NCBI GenBank assembly: GCA_052390255.1
Contig: JBQTHC010000006.1
Coordinates: forward strand, 842-64,841
Origin: Microthrixaceae bacterium
GTDB taxonomy: Bacteria; Actinomycetota; Acidimicrobiia; Acidimicrobiales; VFJN01
Length of the DNA stretch: 64,000 bases
Direction: 5' to 3'
Shown here: positions 1-8,721 of the stretch, one piece after another
Position numbering within the stretch: the first letter of the stretch is position 1
Layout: the number at the start of each line of letters is the position of its first letter
Notes under the pieces: generated by a model
What the model was told of the DNA's origin: nothing
Databases searched by the model: none
What the model saw: the letters and a program-made list of their open reading frames with translations, nothing else
Position numbers and translations under genes: made by a program

Positions 1-846
1 GTTGAATCCGCGCACGCGGCACTCCTCCGTGAGGTCGCCGGCGAGGAGCCCGATGATGCGGCGCTCGAGGTGTCGCCCGACGCTCCAGGCGCGGTGCCGG
101 TCGATCGCGACACCGTGCTTCTCCCGTTGCGCGAGGCGCTCGCGGAAGCCGAGCGGTGTGTCGCGGATCGGGACCGTCTCGCGGTGCACCGCGCATCACT
201 GGTCGCCGACCTCGCCACCGCGACCGAGATGGAAGCCACGGCGCGCACGGCAGCGGCCGACCTCGACCGGGACCTTGCGGCTGCGGTGCTCGCGGAGACG
301 GCCCTTGAGGAGCGGCGTCGGGCGCTCCAGCGCGACCTTCGGCACGCCGAAGAGGCGCTCGCCGAGATCGACCACGCGATCGGGACCCTTCCCGGCCCGA
401 CCGTCCACCTCGAGGCGCTCGATGCGGCGATCGAGGAGGCGGTCCTCGCCCATGAGGCGGCGATCGCCGACGAGGAGCGCGCGGACCGCGCCCTCGACCT
501 GCTCGATGCGGAGGGACGGGCGACGGCAGTCGAGATCGAGCGCCTCCAGGACATCGTCGCTGCCAAGGGGACCGGGAGCGCGAGCCACGCGGACGAGCTG
601 GAGTGGTATCTCCTGGCGCGCCTGGCATCACAACGGGCGGTCTCGGTGGCCGGTTCGCTGCCGATCCTCCTCGACGACGCACTCCGGGGGCTCGGGACCC
701 GGGAGGTCACGCACCTGCTGGGCCGGCTCGAGCGGATGGCCGAGGCGGTGCAGGTGATCCTCGTCTCGGAGGACCCGGTCGCAGCCGCTTGGGCCGCCGA
801 TGCGGGTCCCGCGCGGGCGGCTGTCGTCAGCCCGGCCCCGGCCTGA
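1..846 (+). CDS. C-terminal part of a coiled-coil SMC/RecN-like ATPase (5' end lies outside the window)
   Basis: Frame 1 has no stop from base 1 to TGA 844-846, so the listed Met at 70 is probably internal. A long Ala/Glu/Leu/Arg coiled-coil stretch is followed by SLPILLDDAL (Walker-B-like) and VQVILVSED near the C-terminus. Confidence 0.45.
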   Translation, partial: VESAHAALLREVAGEEPDDAALEVSPDAPGAVPVDRDTVLLPLREALAEAERCVADRDRLAVHRASLVADLATATEMEATARTAAADLDRDLAAAVLAETALEERRRALQRDLRHAEEALAEIDHAIGTLPGPTVHLEALDAAIEEAVLAHEAAIADEERADRALDLLDAEGRATAVEIERLQDIVAAKGTGSASHADELEWYLLARLASQRAVSVAGSLPILLDDALRGLGTREVTHLLGRLERMAEAVQVILVSEDPVAAAWAADAGPARAAVVSPAPA

Positions 847-916
847 TCCGCTCGTCAGCGGGCCGCCGCCGAGGGGCCTACGATCGGCCCCATCTCGCCC
901 GCGATCTGGAGGTGCA

Positions 917-2032
917 GTGGCCGTACTCACCGAAGCCGCCGTCCGTGAGCTCGCAGGGATCAGGGGAGAGGCCGCACCGATCACGTCGTGCTATCTCGAC
1001 GTGGACGGTCGGCGCCTGGTCCGCCATCAGGACCTCGAGCACGAGCTCGATGGCATGCTCCGACAGGCGCGCCTGAGAGCGAACGGGCACGCATCGGTCC
1101 ACGACGACCTCCGCCGGATCGAAGCCTTCGTGCGTGGGGGTCTCGACCGGAGCGCCACGCGCGGGCTCGCGATCTTCGCCTGTGCTGCCTCGGACCTGTG
1201 GGAGGTCATCGAGCTGCCGGTCCCGGTGCGCTCGCGGGTGGTGATCAACCACGCACCCGCGGTCGGGCAGCTCGAGTCGATGGTCCAGGAGCGCGAGCCC
1301 ATCGGCGTGCTGCTCGCCGATCGCCAGCGGGCGCGCCTGTTCGTGTTCGAGCTGGGCCGTCTCGTCGAGCGCACCGAGATGATCGACGAGCTGCCGCGCG
1401 ACTACGACGCACGCGGGATGCGCGAGCGTGGCACACCCGAGCACCACGTCGAGGAGCTCGCGCACCAGCACCTGCGCAACGCGGCTCGGGCAGCCTTCGA
1501 CCTGTGGCAGGTCCGCGGGTTCCACCACCTCGCGATCGGTGCTCCCGACGCGATCGCGAGGGAGCTCGAGTCCGCCCTGCACCCCTACCTTCGTGAGCGG
1601 CTCTGCGGGCGGGTTCACGTCAGCGTGGCAGCGACGCACGACGAGGTGCGACGTGCTGCAGAGGAGACCGAAGCCGTCGTCGATCGGGATCGTGAGGCGG
1701 CGCTCGTCGGGCGGCTCAAGGAGGCGGCTGCGACCGGTCGTCGCGGTGTCGTCGGCCTCGCGCCGACGCTCACCGCGCTGAACGAGCATCGAGTGGAGCG
1801 GCTCGTCGTCTCGAAGGGCTTCTCGCAGCCGGGGTGGCGCTGCTCGAAGACCGGATGGCTCGCCTCCGTCGGCCCCACGAACCCCGCGAACGGCCATCGC
1901 ATGACGCGTGTCGACGACGTCGTCGAGGATGCGATCGAAGAGGCCCTCACGCAGGGAGTGCCCGTTGCGATCTGCGTCGGGAACGCCGACCTCGACGTTC
2001 TGGGGCGCATCGGCGCGCTTCTTCGCTACTGA
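917..2032 (+). CDS. eRF1/Pelota-like protein (bacterial aeRF1-type)
   Basis: Lies within ORF 800..2032. GGAGG at 908-912 precedes in-frame GTG 917 (VAVLTEAAV...). Central IGVLLADRQRARLFVFELG strands are followed by a C-terminal domain ending GRIGALLRY, which resembles the GIGxxLRY/F ending of eRF1/Pelota. No GGQ tripeptide occurs anywhere in the protein. Confidence 0.6.
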   Translation: MAVLTEAAVRELAGIRGEAAPITSCYLDVDGRRLVRHQDLEHELDGMLRQARLRANGHASVHDDLRRIEAFVRGGLDRSATRGLAIFACAASDLWEVIELPVPVRSRVVINHAPAVGQLESMVQEREPIGVLLADRQRARLFVFELGRLVERTEMIDELPRDYDARGMRERGTPEHHVEELAHQHLRNAARAAFDLWQVRGFHHLAIGAPDAIARELESALHPYLRERLCGRVHVSVAATHDEVRRAAEETEAVVDRDREAALVGRLKEAAATGRRGVVGLAPTLTALNEHRVERLVVSKGFSQPGWRCSKTGWLASVGPTNPANGHRMTRVDDVVEDAIEEALTQGVPVAICVGNADLDVLGRIGALLRY

Positions 2033-2045
2033 TCCGCGCTCGACA

Positions 2046-2062
2046 CGGGGCATGATGCCCCG
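2046..2062. repeat. 17-nt perfect palindrome CGGGGCAT-G-ATGCCCCG directly abutting the ROK start codon
   Basis: Read directly from the sequence. It fills the 30-nt gap between the stop at 2030-2032 and ATG 2063. No Shine-Dalgarno is present. Confidence 0.6.
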
Positions 2063-3007
2063 ATGCTCACGATCGGGCTCGACGTCGGTGGTACGAAGGT
2101 GCTCGGGGTCCTCCTCGATCCCGCCGACCCGGAGCACGTGCTCGCGGAGGCGCGTGTGCCGACGCCCGAAGGCGGGGAGGGCCTGGTCGAGACGCTGGTC
2201 ACGCTGATCGCGGCGCTCACGCCTGGGCCGCAGGCACCCGACGCGATCGGCGTCGGCGTGCCGGGTCTGGTCGACCAATCGGGTCGGCTCCACATGGGTC
2301 CCCATCTGCGCCACGTCCAGGACCTGCCACTCGCCGCACTGGTGTCCGAGCGCTCCGGTGTTCCGTCCGCGGTCGACAACGACGCCAACTGCCACGCCCT
2401 TGCCGAGCAGGCAGCGGGTGCCGCGATGGGCATCGACGAGGCGGTCGTCGTCACGCTCGGGACGGGCATCGGAGCGGGGATCATCACCGGCGGTCGGCTC
2501 CTGCGCGGCGCGAACGGGTTCGCGGGCGAGCCGGGTCACATGATCGTGGACCTCGACGGCCCCCCGTGCCCGTGCGGGAAGCGCGGCTGCTGGGAGCAGC
2601 TCGCGTCGGGCGAGGCCCTCGGGCGCTTCGCGCAGGAGGCAGCAGCCGCTGGACGGCTGCGCGCGGTGCTTGCGGCGTGCGGGGCCGAGCCAGCAGCGAT
2701 CCGCGGCGAGGACGTGACGCGTGCGGTCCGTGCCGGTGATGCCGAAGCCCACGTGGTGCTGGAGCAATGGTCGGGTTGGGTCGCGCTCGGGCTCGCGAAC
2801 CTCGTGAACATCCTCGACCCGGCGGTGGTGGTGCTGGGAGGCGGGCTCGTCGACGACGCGGATCTGTACCTGCCGGCGGTGCGCGCTCGCTACGAGGTGC
2901 TCGTGATGGCGGGCGACCAGCGTCCACGGCTGTCGATCGTCGCCGCGGCGCTGGGGGGAAGCGCCGGTGCCATCGGCGCCGCGGTGCTCGCGGCCGGGCA
3001 GACCTGA
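2063..3007 (+). CDS. ROK-family sugar kinase (glucokinase-like)
   Basis: N-terminal LDVGGTK ATP motif and the ROK zinc signature PCPCGKRGCWEQ. Length is 314 aa. Confidence 0.85.
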   Translation: MLTIGLDVGGTKVLGVLLDPADPEHVLAEARVPTPEGGEGLVETLVTLIAALTPGPQAPDAIGVGVPGLVDQSGRLHMGPHLRHVQDLPLAALVSERSGVPSAVDNDANCHALAEQAAGAAMGIDEAVVVTLGTGIGAGIITGGRLLRGANGFAGEPGHMIVDLDGPPCPCGKRGCWEQLASGEALGRFAQEAAAAGRLRAVLAACGAEPAAIRGEDVTRAVRAGDAEAHVVLEQWSGWVALGLANLVNILDPAVVVLGGGLVDDADLYLPAVRARYEVLVMAGDQRPRLSIVAAALGGSAGAIGAAVLAAGQT

Positions 3008-3016
3008 GGCCCAGCC

Positions 3017-3511
3017 TCAGTCGTGGGTCGCGTGGTAGCGCACACGACAGGCTTCGATCTCGCCCATCGCCGCGTCCGCTCCCTCCCAGCCCCGCACGCT
3101 GGAGTGCTTGTCGGGTTCGAGTGCCTTGTAGACCTCGAAGAAGTGGCTGATCTCATCGGTGAGGTGCTCGGGAAGTCCCTCCAGGTCCACCACGTGGTTC
3201 CACCGCGCGTCCCCGGCCGGGACGCAGATGATCTTCGCGTCGGGGCCGGCGTCGTCGGTCATCCAGAACACGCCCACGGGGCGCGCTGCCACCCAACATC
3301 CAGGGAAGGTGGGGTCGTCGAGCAGCACGAGGGCATCGAGCGGGTCGTGATCCTCCGAGAGCGTCTCGGGGATGAACCCGTAGTCAGCGGGGTACGCCGT
3401 GGCCGTGAACAGGCGCCGGTCGAGGCGGATCACGTGCCGCTCGTGGTCGTACTCGTACTTGTTCCGGCTCCCACGCGGGATCTCCACCACGACGTCGATC
3501 ACGTTGCTCAC
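3017..3511 (-). CDS. ppa: inorganic pyrophosphatase (family I)
   Basis: VVEIPRGSRNKYEYD, YPADYGFIPETL and DPLDALVL motifs. Length is 164 aa. The start codon is GTG (cac at 3509-3511). Confidence 0.95.
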   Translation of the reverse strand: MSNVIDVVVEIPRGSRNKYEYDHERHVIRLDRRLFTATAYPADYGFIPETLSEDHDPLDALVLLDDPTFPGCWVAARPVGVFWMTDDAGPDAKIICVPAGDARWNHVVDLEGLPEHLTDEISHFFEVYKALEPDKHSSVRGWEGADAAMGEIEACRVRYHATHD

Positions 3512-3582
3512 CGCGCGATCTTCGCACTCATGCGGCGGGAACGAGTTCCGGCGCCTCGAGAGCCCGGGAGTACCGTGGTCCG

Positions 3583-4770
3583 ATGGAGTTCCGCCGGATC
3601 ACCGGGATGCCCCCCTACGTCTTCACGATCATCGACGGGCTGAAGATCGAGGCACGTCGCGCCGGCGCCGACGTCATCGACCTGGGGTTCGGCAACCCTG
3701 ATCTGCCCTCGCCCGACGTCGCAGTCGACAAGCTCGCAGAGGCCGCGCACAACACGCGCAACCACCGGTACTCCTCGAGTCGCGGCATCCCCAAGCTGCG
3801 CCAAGCCGTCGCCGACCGGTACAAGCGCCGCTTCGACGTCGATCTCGATCCAGACACGGAGGTCATCTCCACGATCGGCGCGAAGGAGGGCTTCAGCCAC
3901 CTGATGTGGGTGCTGCTCGGTCCGGGCGATGCGGCGATCGTGCCGTCGCCGTCGTACCCGATCCACATCTGGGGACCACTGTTCGCGGGCGCTGCGGTTC
4001 GCGAGGTCCCGATGACCACCGACGTGAACGACGACGGGCAGTTCCTCGATCGGATCCGTCACGTGTTCGAGCACTCGTGGCCACGGCCCCGGGTGATCAT
4101 CTGCTCGTTCCCCCACAACCCCACCACCGCCTGCGTCGACCTCGACTTCTTCCAGGAGCTCGTCGACTTCGCGCGGGAGAAGGAGGTCATCGTCGTCCAC
4201 GACAACGCCTACGCGGAGCTCGGCTTCGACGGGTGGGATCCACCGTCGATCCTGCAGGCCGACGGGGCGAAGGAGTGCGCTGTCGAGCTGTACTCGATGA
4301 CGAAGTCGTTCTCGATGGCCGGCTGGCGCATGGCCTTCTTGGCGGGCAACCGCGACGTGGTGCAGGCGCTCGCGAAGCTCAAGTCGTACCTCGACTACGG
4401 CGCGTTCCAGCCGATCCAGATCGCCGCCACCGTCACCCTCAACGAGGCGGTCGACTTCCCCCGCGAGGTCGGGGCCATCTACCAGCGCCGGCGTGACGCG
4501 CTCTGTGAAGGCCTCGACCGGATGGGATGGGCGATGCGCCGCCCGAAGGGCACGATGTTCGCGTGGGCTCCGATCCCCGAGCCGTACCGCGAGATGGGCT
4601 CGATCGAGTTCGCATCGATGCTCGTGCGCGACGCGCAGGTGGCCACCTCGCCGGGGGTCGGGTTCGGCCCCGGCGGCGACGACTTCGTCCGCTTCGCGCT
4701 GATCGAGAACGAGCAGCGGATCTCTCAGGGGATGCGGAACCTGAAGAAGGCGCTCACCAAGCTCGGCTGA
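3583..4770 (+). CDS. class I/II PLP-dependent aminotransferase (alanine/aspartate aminotransferase-like)
   Basis: N-terminal RITGMPPYVF and NPDLPSP motifs. The PLP-lysine motif is SMTKSFSMAGWRMAF. Confidence 0.85.
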   Translation: MEFRRITGMPPYVFTIIDGLKIEARRAGADVIDLGFGNPDLPSPDVAVDKLAEAAHNTRNHRYSSSRGIPKLRQAVADRYKRRFDVDLDPDTEVISTIGAKEGFSHLMWVLLGPGDAAIVPSPSYPIHIWGPLFAGAAVREVPMTTDVNDDGQFLDRIRHVFEHSWPRPRVIICSFPHNPTTACVDLDFFQELVDFAREKEVIVVHDNAYAELGFDGWDPPSILQADGAKECAVELYSMTKSFSMAGWRMAFLAGNRDVVQALAKLKSYLDYGAFQPIQIAATVTLNEAVDFPREVGAIYQRRRDALCEGLDRMGWAMRRPKGTMFAWAPIPEPYREMGSIEFASMLVRDAQVATSPGVGFGPGGDDFVRFALIENEQRISQGMRNLKKALTKLG

Positions 4771-5361
4771 TCACAGGCCGCCGAGGAGCCCCTCGAGGCA
4801 GAAGGCCACGGCGGCGTCGGCGATCGCATCTGCGGGCTCGCCGCGCTCGTAGATGAAGGTGCGCGTGAGGTGGCTCGCGACGCCGACCATCGCGTGGGCG
4901 ATGACGTCGGGGTCGGCGTCACGCACGCGCCCTTGTGCGATCGCCTCCTTCACGTGCTTCACGACGTCGGCGACGGCGATGTCCTGCCCGCGGCGCAGCG
5001 CGGCCGCGAAGGCTGCCTCGGTGGCCGCGAACTGGATCAGCTTGTTGTGGTCGCGGTGCGCCTCGGACCAGGCCATCGACGCGCGCAGGCCGAGCTCGAT
5101 GCGACGCACCGGGTCCTCCTCGTCGGCGATCGCCTGCTGCTGCCGGCGGCGCAGGTCGGTCTGCGCCTCCTTCAGGATCTCGAGGAACAGCTGCTCCTTC
5201 GAGTCGAAGTACCAGTAGAAGACGCCCTTGCCGACCCCGAGGCCCGCCACGATCTCCGACACGGAGGTGGGGTGGTAGCCCTGCTCGGCGAACCGCTCAG
5301 TGGCGTAGGCCATCAGCTGGTCTCGACGGTCCTTGCCGCGTTGGGTCAGTCGTCGCGCCAC
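4771..5361 (-). CDS. TetR-family transcriptional regulator
   Basis: The HTH region is ERFAEQGYHPTSVSEIVAGLGVGKGVFYWYFDSKEQLF. I place the start at in-frame GTG 5361 (VARRLTQRGKDRRDQL...) rather than at 5478. A TACGGT hexamer lies 7 nt upstream. Confidence 0.8.
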   Translation of the reverse strand: MARRLTQRGKDRRDQLMAYATERFAEQGYHPTSVSEIVAGLGVGKGVFYWYFDSKEQLFLEILKEAQTDLRRRQQQAIADEEDPVRRIELGLRASMAWSEAHRDHNKLIQFAATEAAFAAALRRGQDIAVADVVKHVKEAIAQGRVRDADPDVIAHAMVGVASHLTRTFIYERGEPADAIADAAVAFCLEGLLGGL

Positions 5362-5380
5362 GCGCGGAACCGTACGGTCA

Positions 5381-5398
5381 CTTGACTGGGCGGTCAAG
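5381..5398. promoter_or_regulatory. candidate TetR operator: CTTGAC-N6-GTCAAG perfect inverted repeat
   Basis: Lies in the 115-bp divergent intergenic region, immediately upstream of the putative -10 of the TetR gene. Confidence 0.45.
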
Positions 5399-5476
5399 AA
5401 CGCTCGGGGCGACAGTTCTCCGTGCCGTGCATGCCGGGTAACACGGCGTTCACGTCGGCTCCGTACCGTGCCCGCC

Positions 5477-6154
5477 ATGGAGACCTACGTGGTGCGCATG
5501 TGGCTGCCGGATCGTCCAGGAGCGCTCGGCCAGGTCGCGAGCCGCATCGGGGCGGTGCGCGGCGAGATCGTCGGGATCGACATCCTCGAGCGCGGCGCGG
5601 GCCGAGCGATCGACGAGCTCGTGGTGGAGCTGCCGGATGACGCCCTCGTGGAGCTCCTCGTGCACGAGGTCCAGCAGGTCGACGGCGTCGACGTCGAGGA
5701 GGTCCGACCAGTCGCGGACGCGCTGCACGACCCGCGACTCGACGCCCTCGAGACCGCTGCCATCCTCGTGGGAGCCACTGATCGAGACGAGCTCATCGAG
5801 GCCGTCGTCGCCCACGCGAAGCGCGTGATCGGCGCCGACTGGACGGCCGCGGTGGCGCTCGACGACGCGGAGGTGCTCAGCGCGGAGGGCACGCTGCCGC
5901 CCACCCCATGGCTGCTCGCCTTCCTCGCAGGCAGCCAGGAGTCAGCACGGCTCGCCGAGGCCGCGAGCGGCCCCGACGACATCGTCTGGTCGCCACTGCC
6001 TTCCACGGGGCTCGCGCTGGTGCTCGGCCGCGACGGCACGGCGTACCGCGCCCGTGAACGGCGCCAGGTGTCGGCCTTGGCGCGGATCGTGGACACGAGG
6101 TTGCGCGAGATCATGCGACAGCGGGCGCGCGCCAACCATCCGTGCGCCGGCTGA
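5477..6154 (+). CDS. ACT-domain-containing protein of unknown function
   Basis: The N-terminal VVRMWLPDRPGALGQVASRIGAVRGEIVGIDIL stretch looks like an ACT fold. I place the start at ATG 5477. The upstream part of ORF 5333.. is Arg-rich and overlaps the TetR leader. Confidence 0.6.
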   Translation: METYVVRMWLPDRPGALGQVASRIGAVRGEIVGIDILERGAGRAIDELVVELPDDALVELLVHEVQQVDGVDVEEVRPVADALHDPRLDALETAAILVGATDRDELIEAVVAHAKRVIGADWTAAVALDDAEVLSAEGTLPPTPWLLAFLAGSQESARLAEAASGPDDIVWSPLPSTGLALVLGRDGTAYRARERRQVSALARIVDTRLREIMRQRARANHPCAG

Positions 6155-6168
6155 GCGAACCCGGTCGG

Positions 6169-7653
6169 TCAGCCGGCAGCCCAGCCCCGCGAGCGCTCGA
6201 CCGCAGCTGACCAGCGCTCGTGCTGCGCCTGCAGGTCTGACGGGTCCATCCGCGGTTCGAACGTGGCGTCGAGCTGCCAGTTGGCGGTGATGTCATCCGC
6301 GGAGCTCCACACGCCTTCTGCGAGGCCCGCGAGGTAGGCGGCGCCGAGCGCGGTCGTCTCCTGGATGACCGGGCGCGACACGGGCACCTGCAGGTGGTCG
6401 GCTTGCATCTGCAGGAGGAGGTCGTTGGCCGATGCGCCACCGTCGGCCTTGAGCGTGAGGACGGGATGACCCGAGGCAGCGCTCATCGCGGCCACGACAT
6501 CCTTGGTCTGCATCGAGATGGACTCGAGCACGGCTCGTGCGAGGTGCGCTGCCGTGGTGCCGCGCGTGATCCCGGTGATGGTGCCGCGGGCGTAGGGGTC
6601 CCACCACGGGCTGCCGAGGCCCGTGAACGCGGGGACGACGACGCACCCGTTCGTGTCCGGCACGCGCCCGGCGAGCTCGGCCATCTCGGCCGCTGAGCCG
6701 ATCACTCCGAGGCCGTCTCGGAGCCACTGCACCGCCGCGCCCGTCACGAAGATCGCGCCCTCGAGCGCGTACGCCCGGGTGCCGTCCGCGAGCGTCCACC
6801 CGACGGTCGTGAGCAAGCCGTCGACCGGATCGGGACAGGTCGAGCCGACGTGCATCAGCACGAAGCTGCCAGTGCCGTAGGTGTTCTTCGTCATCCCGGG
6901 CGACAGGCACGCCTGGCCGAACAGCGCGGCCTGCTGATCGCCGGCGATCCCCGACACCGGGATGCCCGCAGGGAGGCCGCATCCGGGCGAGGTCGTCCCG
7001 AAGCGGCCGCTCGAAGGGCGGACCTCCGGCAGGTTGCCCTCTCGGATGCCGAACAGGTCGAGGAGCTCGTCGGACCACGCGAGGGTGCGGATGTCGAACA
7101 GCATCGTGCGGCTCGCGTTTGACGGCTCGGTGGCGAACACGCCGCCTTCGGGTCCGCCCGTGAGGTTCCAGAGCACCCAGGAGTCGATCGTGCCGATCGC
7201 GAGATCGTCGGAGACGGCGACGCCGCCGTCGGTGAGGAGCCACTCGGCCTTCGTCGCGGTGAAGTAGGGATCGAGCACCAGCCCGGTCGTGGCGCGCACG
7301 AGCGGTTCTCGTCCGGCTTCGCGCAGCGCGTCGCATCGGAGCGACGTGCGACGGTCTTGCCACACGATCGCTCGGTGCAGCGGCGAGCCGCTACGTCGAT
7401 CCCAGGCGACCACCGTCTCGCGCTGATCCGTGATCCCGACCGCGGCGATCGGTTCGTCGAGGGTCGACGCGAGCTCCGACAGCGTCGTGCGCACCGCGTC
7501 CCAGATCTCGACGGGATCGTGCTCGACCCAGCCGGGTCGCGGGAAGTGCTGCGTGAACTCCCGGTACGCGAAGCCACGCGCGGCGCCGTCCTCGCCCAGT
7601 GCGAACGACCGCACGCCGGTGGTGCCGGCGTCGACGGCGATCACGACGGACAT
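6169..7653 (-). CDS. glpK: glycerol kinase
   Basis: FGGY kinase with HFPRPGWVEHDP, AIVWQDRRT and TKNTYGTGSF motifs. Length is 494 aa. Confidence 0.95.
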   Translation of the reverse strand: MSVVIAVDAGTTGVRSFALGEDGAARGFAYREFTQHFPRPGWVEHDPVEIWDAVRTTLSELASTLDEPIAAVGITDQRETVVAWDRRSGSPLHRAIVWQDRRTSLRCDALREAGREPLVRATTGLVLDPYFTATKAEWLLTDGGVAVSDDLAIGTIDSWVLWNLTGGPEGGVFATEPSNASRTMLFDIRTLAWSDELLDLFGIREGNLPEVRPSSGRFGTTSPGCGLPAGIPVSGIAGDQQAALFGQACLSPGMTKNTYGTGSFVLMHVGSTCPDPVDGLLTTVGWTLADGTRAYALEGAIFVTGAAVQWLRDGLGVIGSAAEMAELAGRVPDTNGCVVVPAFTGLGSPWWDPYARGTITGITRGTTAAHLARAVLESISMQTKDVVAAMSAASGHPVLTLKADGGASANDLLLQMQADHLQVPVSRPVIQETTALGAAYLAGLAEGVWSSADDITANWQLDATFEPRMDPSDLQAQHERWSAAVERSRGWAAG

Positions 7654-7685
7654 GGGCGCCGACGATATCGGTAGCGTGGGCGCCC

Positions 7686-8717
7686 ATGCGCGTCGCGATG
7701 CTCACCGGAGGTGGCGATTGCCCTGGCCTCAACGCCGTCATGCGGGCAGTGGCCCGCAAGGGCGAGCGGTTCTACGGCGATGAGCTCGTCGGGTTCCTCG
7801 ACGGCTGGAAGGGCGTGCTCGAGCGGCGGAGCGTTCCCATGGGCGTCGAGACGATGCGCGGCACGCTGCCCCGCGGCGGGACGGTGCTCGGCTCGTCGCG
7901 CACGAACCCCTACAAGGAGTCGGGTGGGCCTGCGGCAGTGCGCTCCATGCTCGAGGACCTCGGCATCGACGCCCTCATCGCGATCGGCGGCGAGGACACG
8001 CTCGGCGTGGCGCATCGGCTCGCCGACGAGGGCGTGGCCGTGATCGGTGTTCCGAAGACGATCGACAACGACCTGTCGGGGACAGACCTCACGTTCGGCT
8101 TCGACACGGCGGTGCAGATCTGTGTCGACGCGATCGATCGGCTGCACACCACTGCAGAGAGCCACGATCGAGTGATGGTGGTCGAGGTGATGGGCCGGCA
8201 CGCGGGTCACATCGCGGCCTGGGCGGGGATCGCGGGGGGCGCCACGATGACGCTCATCCCGGAGCGACCCTTCGACGTCGATCGTGTGTGCGAGGCGATC
8301 CGCCATCGCCACGTCGAGGGCAAGCGCCTCGCGTCGATCATCGTGGTGTCCGAGGGCGCGACGCCGAAGGAAGGGACCATGGAGGTCGTCTCGGGTGACG
8401 TCGACGCGTTCGGCCACGTCCGGCTCGGCGGGATCGGCGCGCTGCTCGCTGAGCAGATCGAGGCGCGGACGGGCTTCGAGACCAGGGTCACCACCCTCGG
8501 CCACGTGCAGCGGGGCGGCACGCCCACGGCCTTCGACCGGGTGCTCGCGACGCGCTTCGGTGTTGCAGCGATCGACGCCGTGCACGACGCGGCCTGGGGG
8601 ACGATGGTCGCGCTGCACGGCGGCGCCGTGGTGCGAGTGCCGCTCTCGCTTGCGGTCGGCGAGCTGAAGCTGGTCGATCCGGAGCTGTACGAGGTGGCGC
8701 AGGTCTTCTTCGAGTGA
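7686..8717 (+). CDS. pfkA: 6-phosphofructokinase
   Basis: MLTGGGDCPGLNAV, IGGEDT, PKTIDND and MGRHAG motifs. The start is placed at ATG 7686. Confidence 0.9.
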   Translation: MRVAMLTGGGDCPGLNAVMRAVARKGERFYGDELVGFLDGWKGVLERRSVPMGVETMRGTLPRGGTVLGSSRTNPYKESGGPAAVRSMLEDLGIDALIAIGGEDTLGVAHRLADEGVAVIGVPKTIDNDLSGTDLTFGFDTAVQICVDAIDRLHTTAESHDRVMVVEVMGRHAGHIAAWAGIAGGATMTLIPERPFDVDRVCEAIRHRHVEGKRLASIIVVSEGATPKEGTMEVVSGDVDAFGHVRLGGIGALLAEQIEARTGFETRVTTLGHVQRGGTPTAFDRVLATRFGVAAIDAVHDAAWGTMVALHGGAVVRVPLSLAVGELKLVDPELYEVAQVFFE

Positions 8718-8721
8718 GCGG

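Noticed and set aside
873-891. Small hairpins after several genes as intrinsic terminators: GGGGCC-N7-GGCCCC at 873-891, GCTGAC-N5-GTCAGC at about 15747-15763, and GGCCGC-AG-GCGGCC at about 17546-17559.
   Set aside because: The stems are only 6 bp in GC-rich DNA, where such matches are expected by chance, and no U-tracts follow. They are not reported as features.
878-2767. 629-aa minus-strand ORF. There are many similar very long ORFs, for example 9432..11501(+), 14129..16231(-), 29535..32063(-), 30899..33244(-), 36642..38762(-), 55739..57409(-) and 47158..49170(+).
   Set aside because: They lie antisense or out of frame to genes with clear family motifs. Their products are dominated by Arg/Pro/Gly/Ala/Asp runs with no recognisable domains. 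This is the classic shadow-ORF artefact of about 70% GC DNA, where stop codons are rare.
7686-8717. Calling the phosphofructokinase PPi-dependent from the GGEDT and PKTIDND motifs (Asp/Lys at the positions that are Gly/Gly in E. coli PfkA).
   Set aside because: As far as I recall, ATP-dependent actinobacterial PFKs share these residues. The phosphoryl donor cannot be inferred from the sequence alone.
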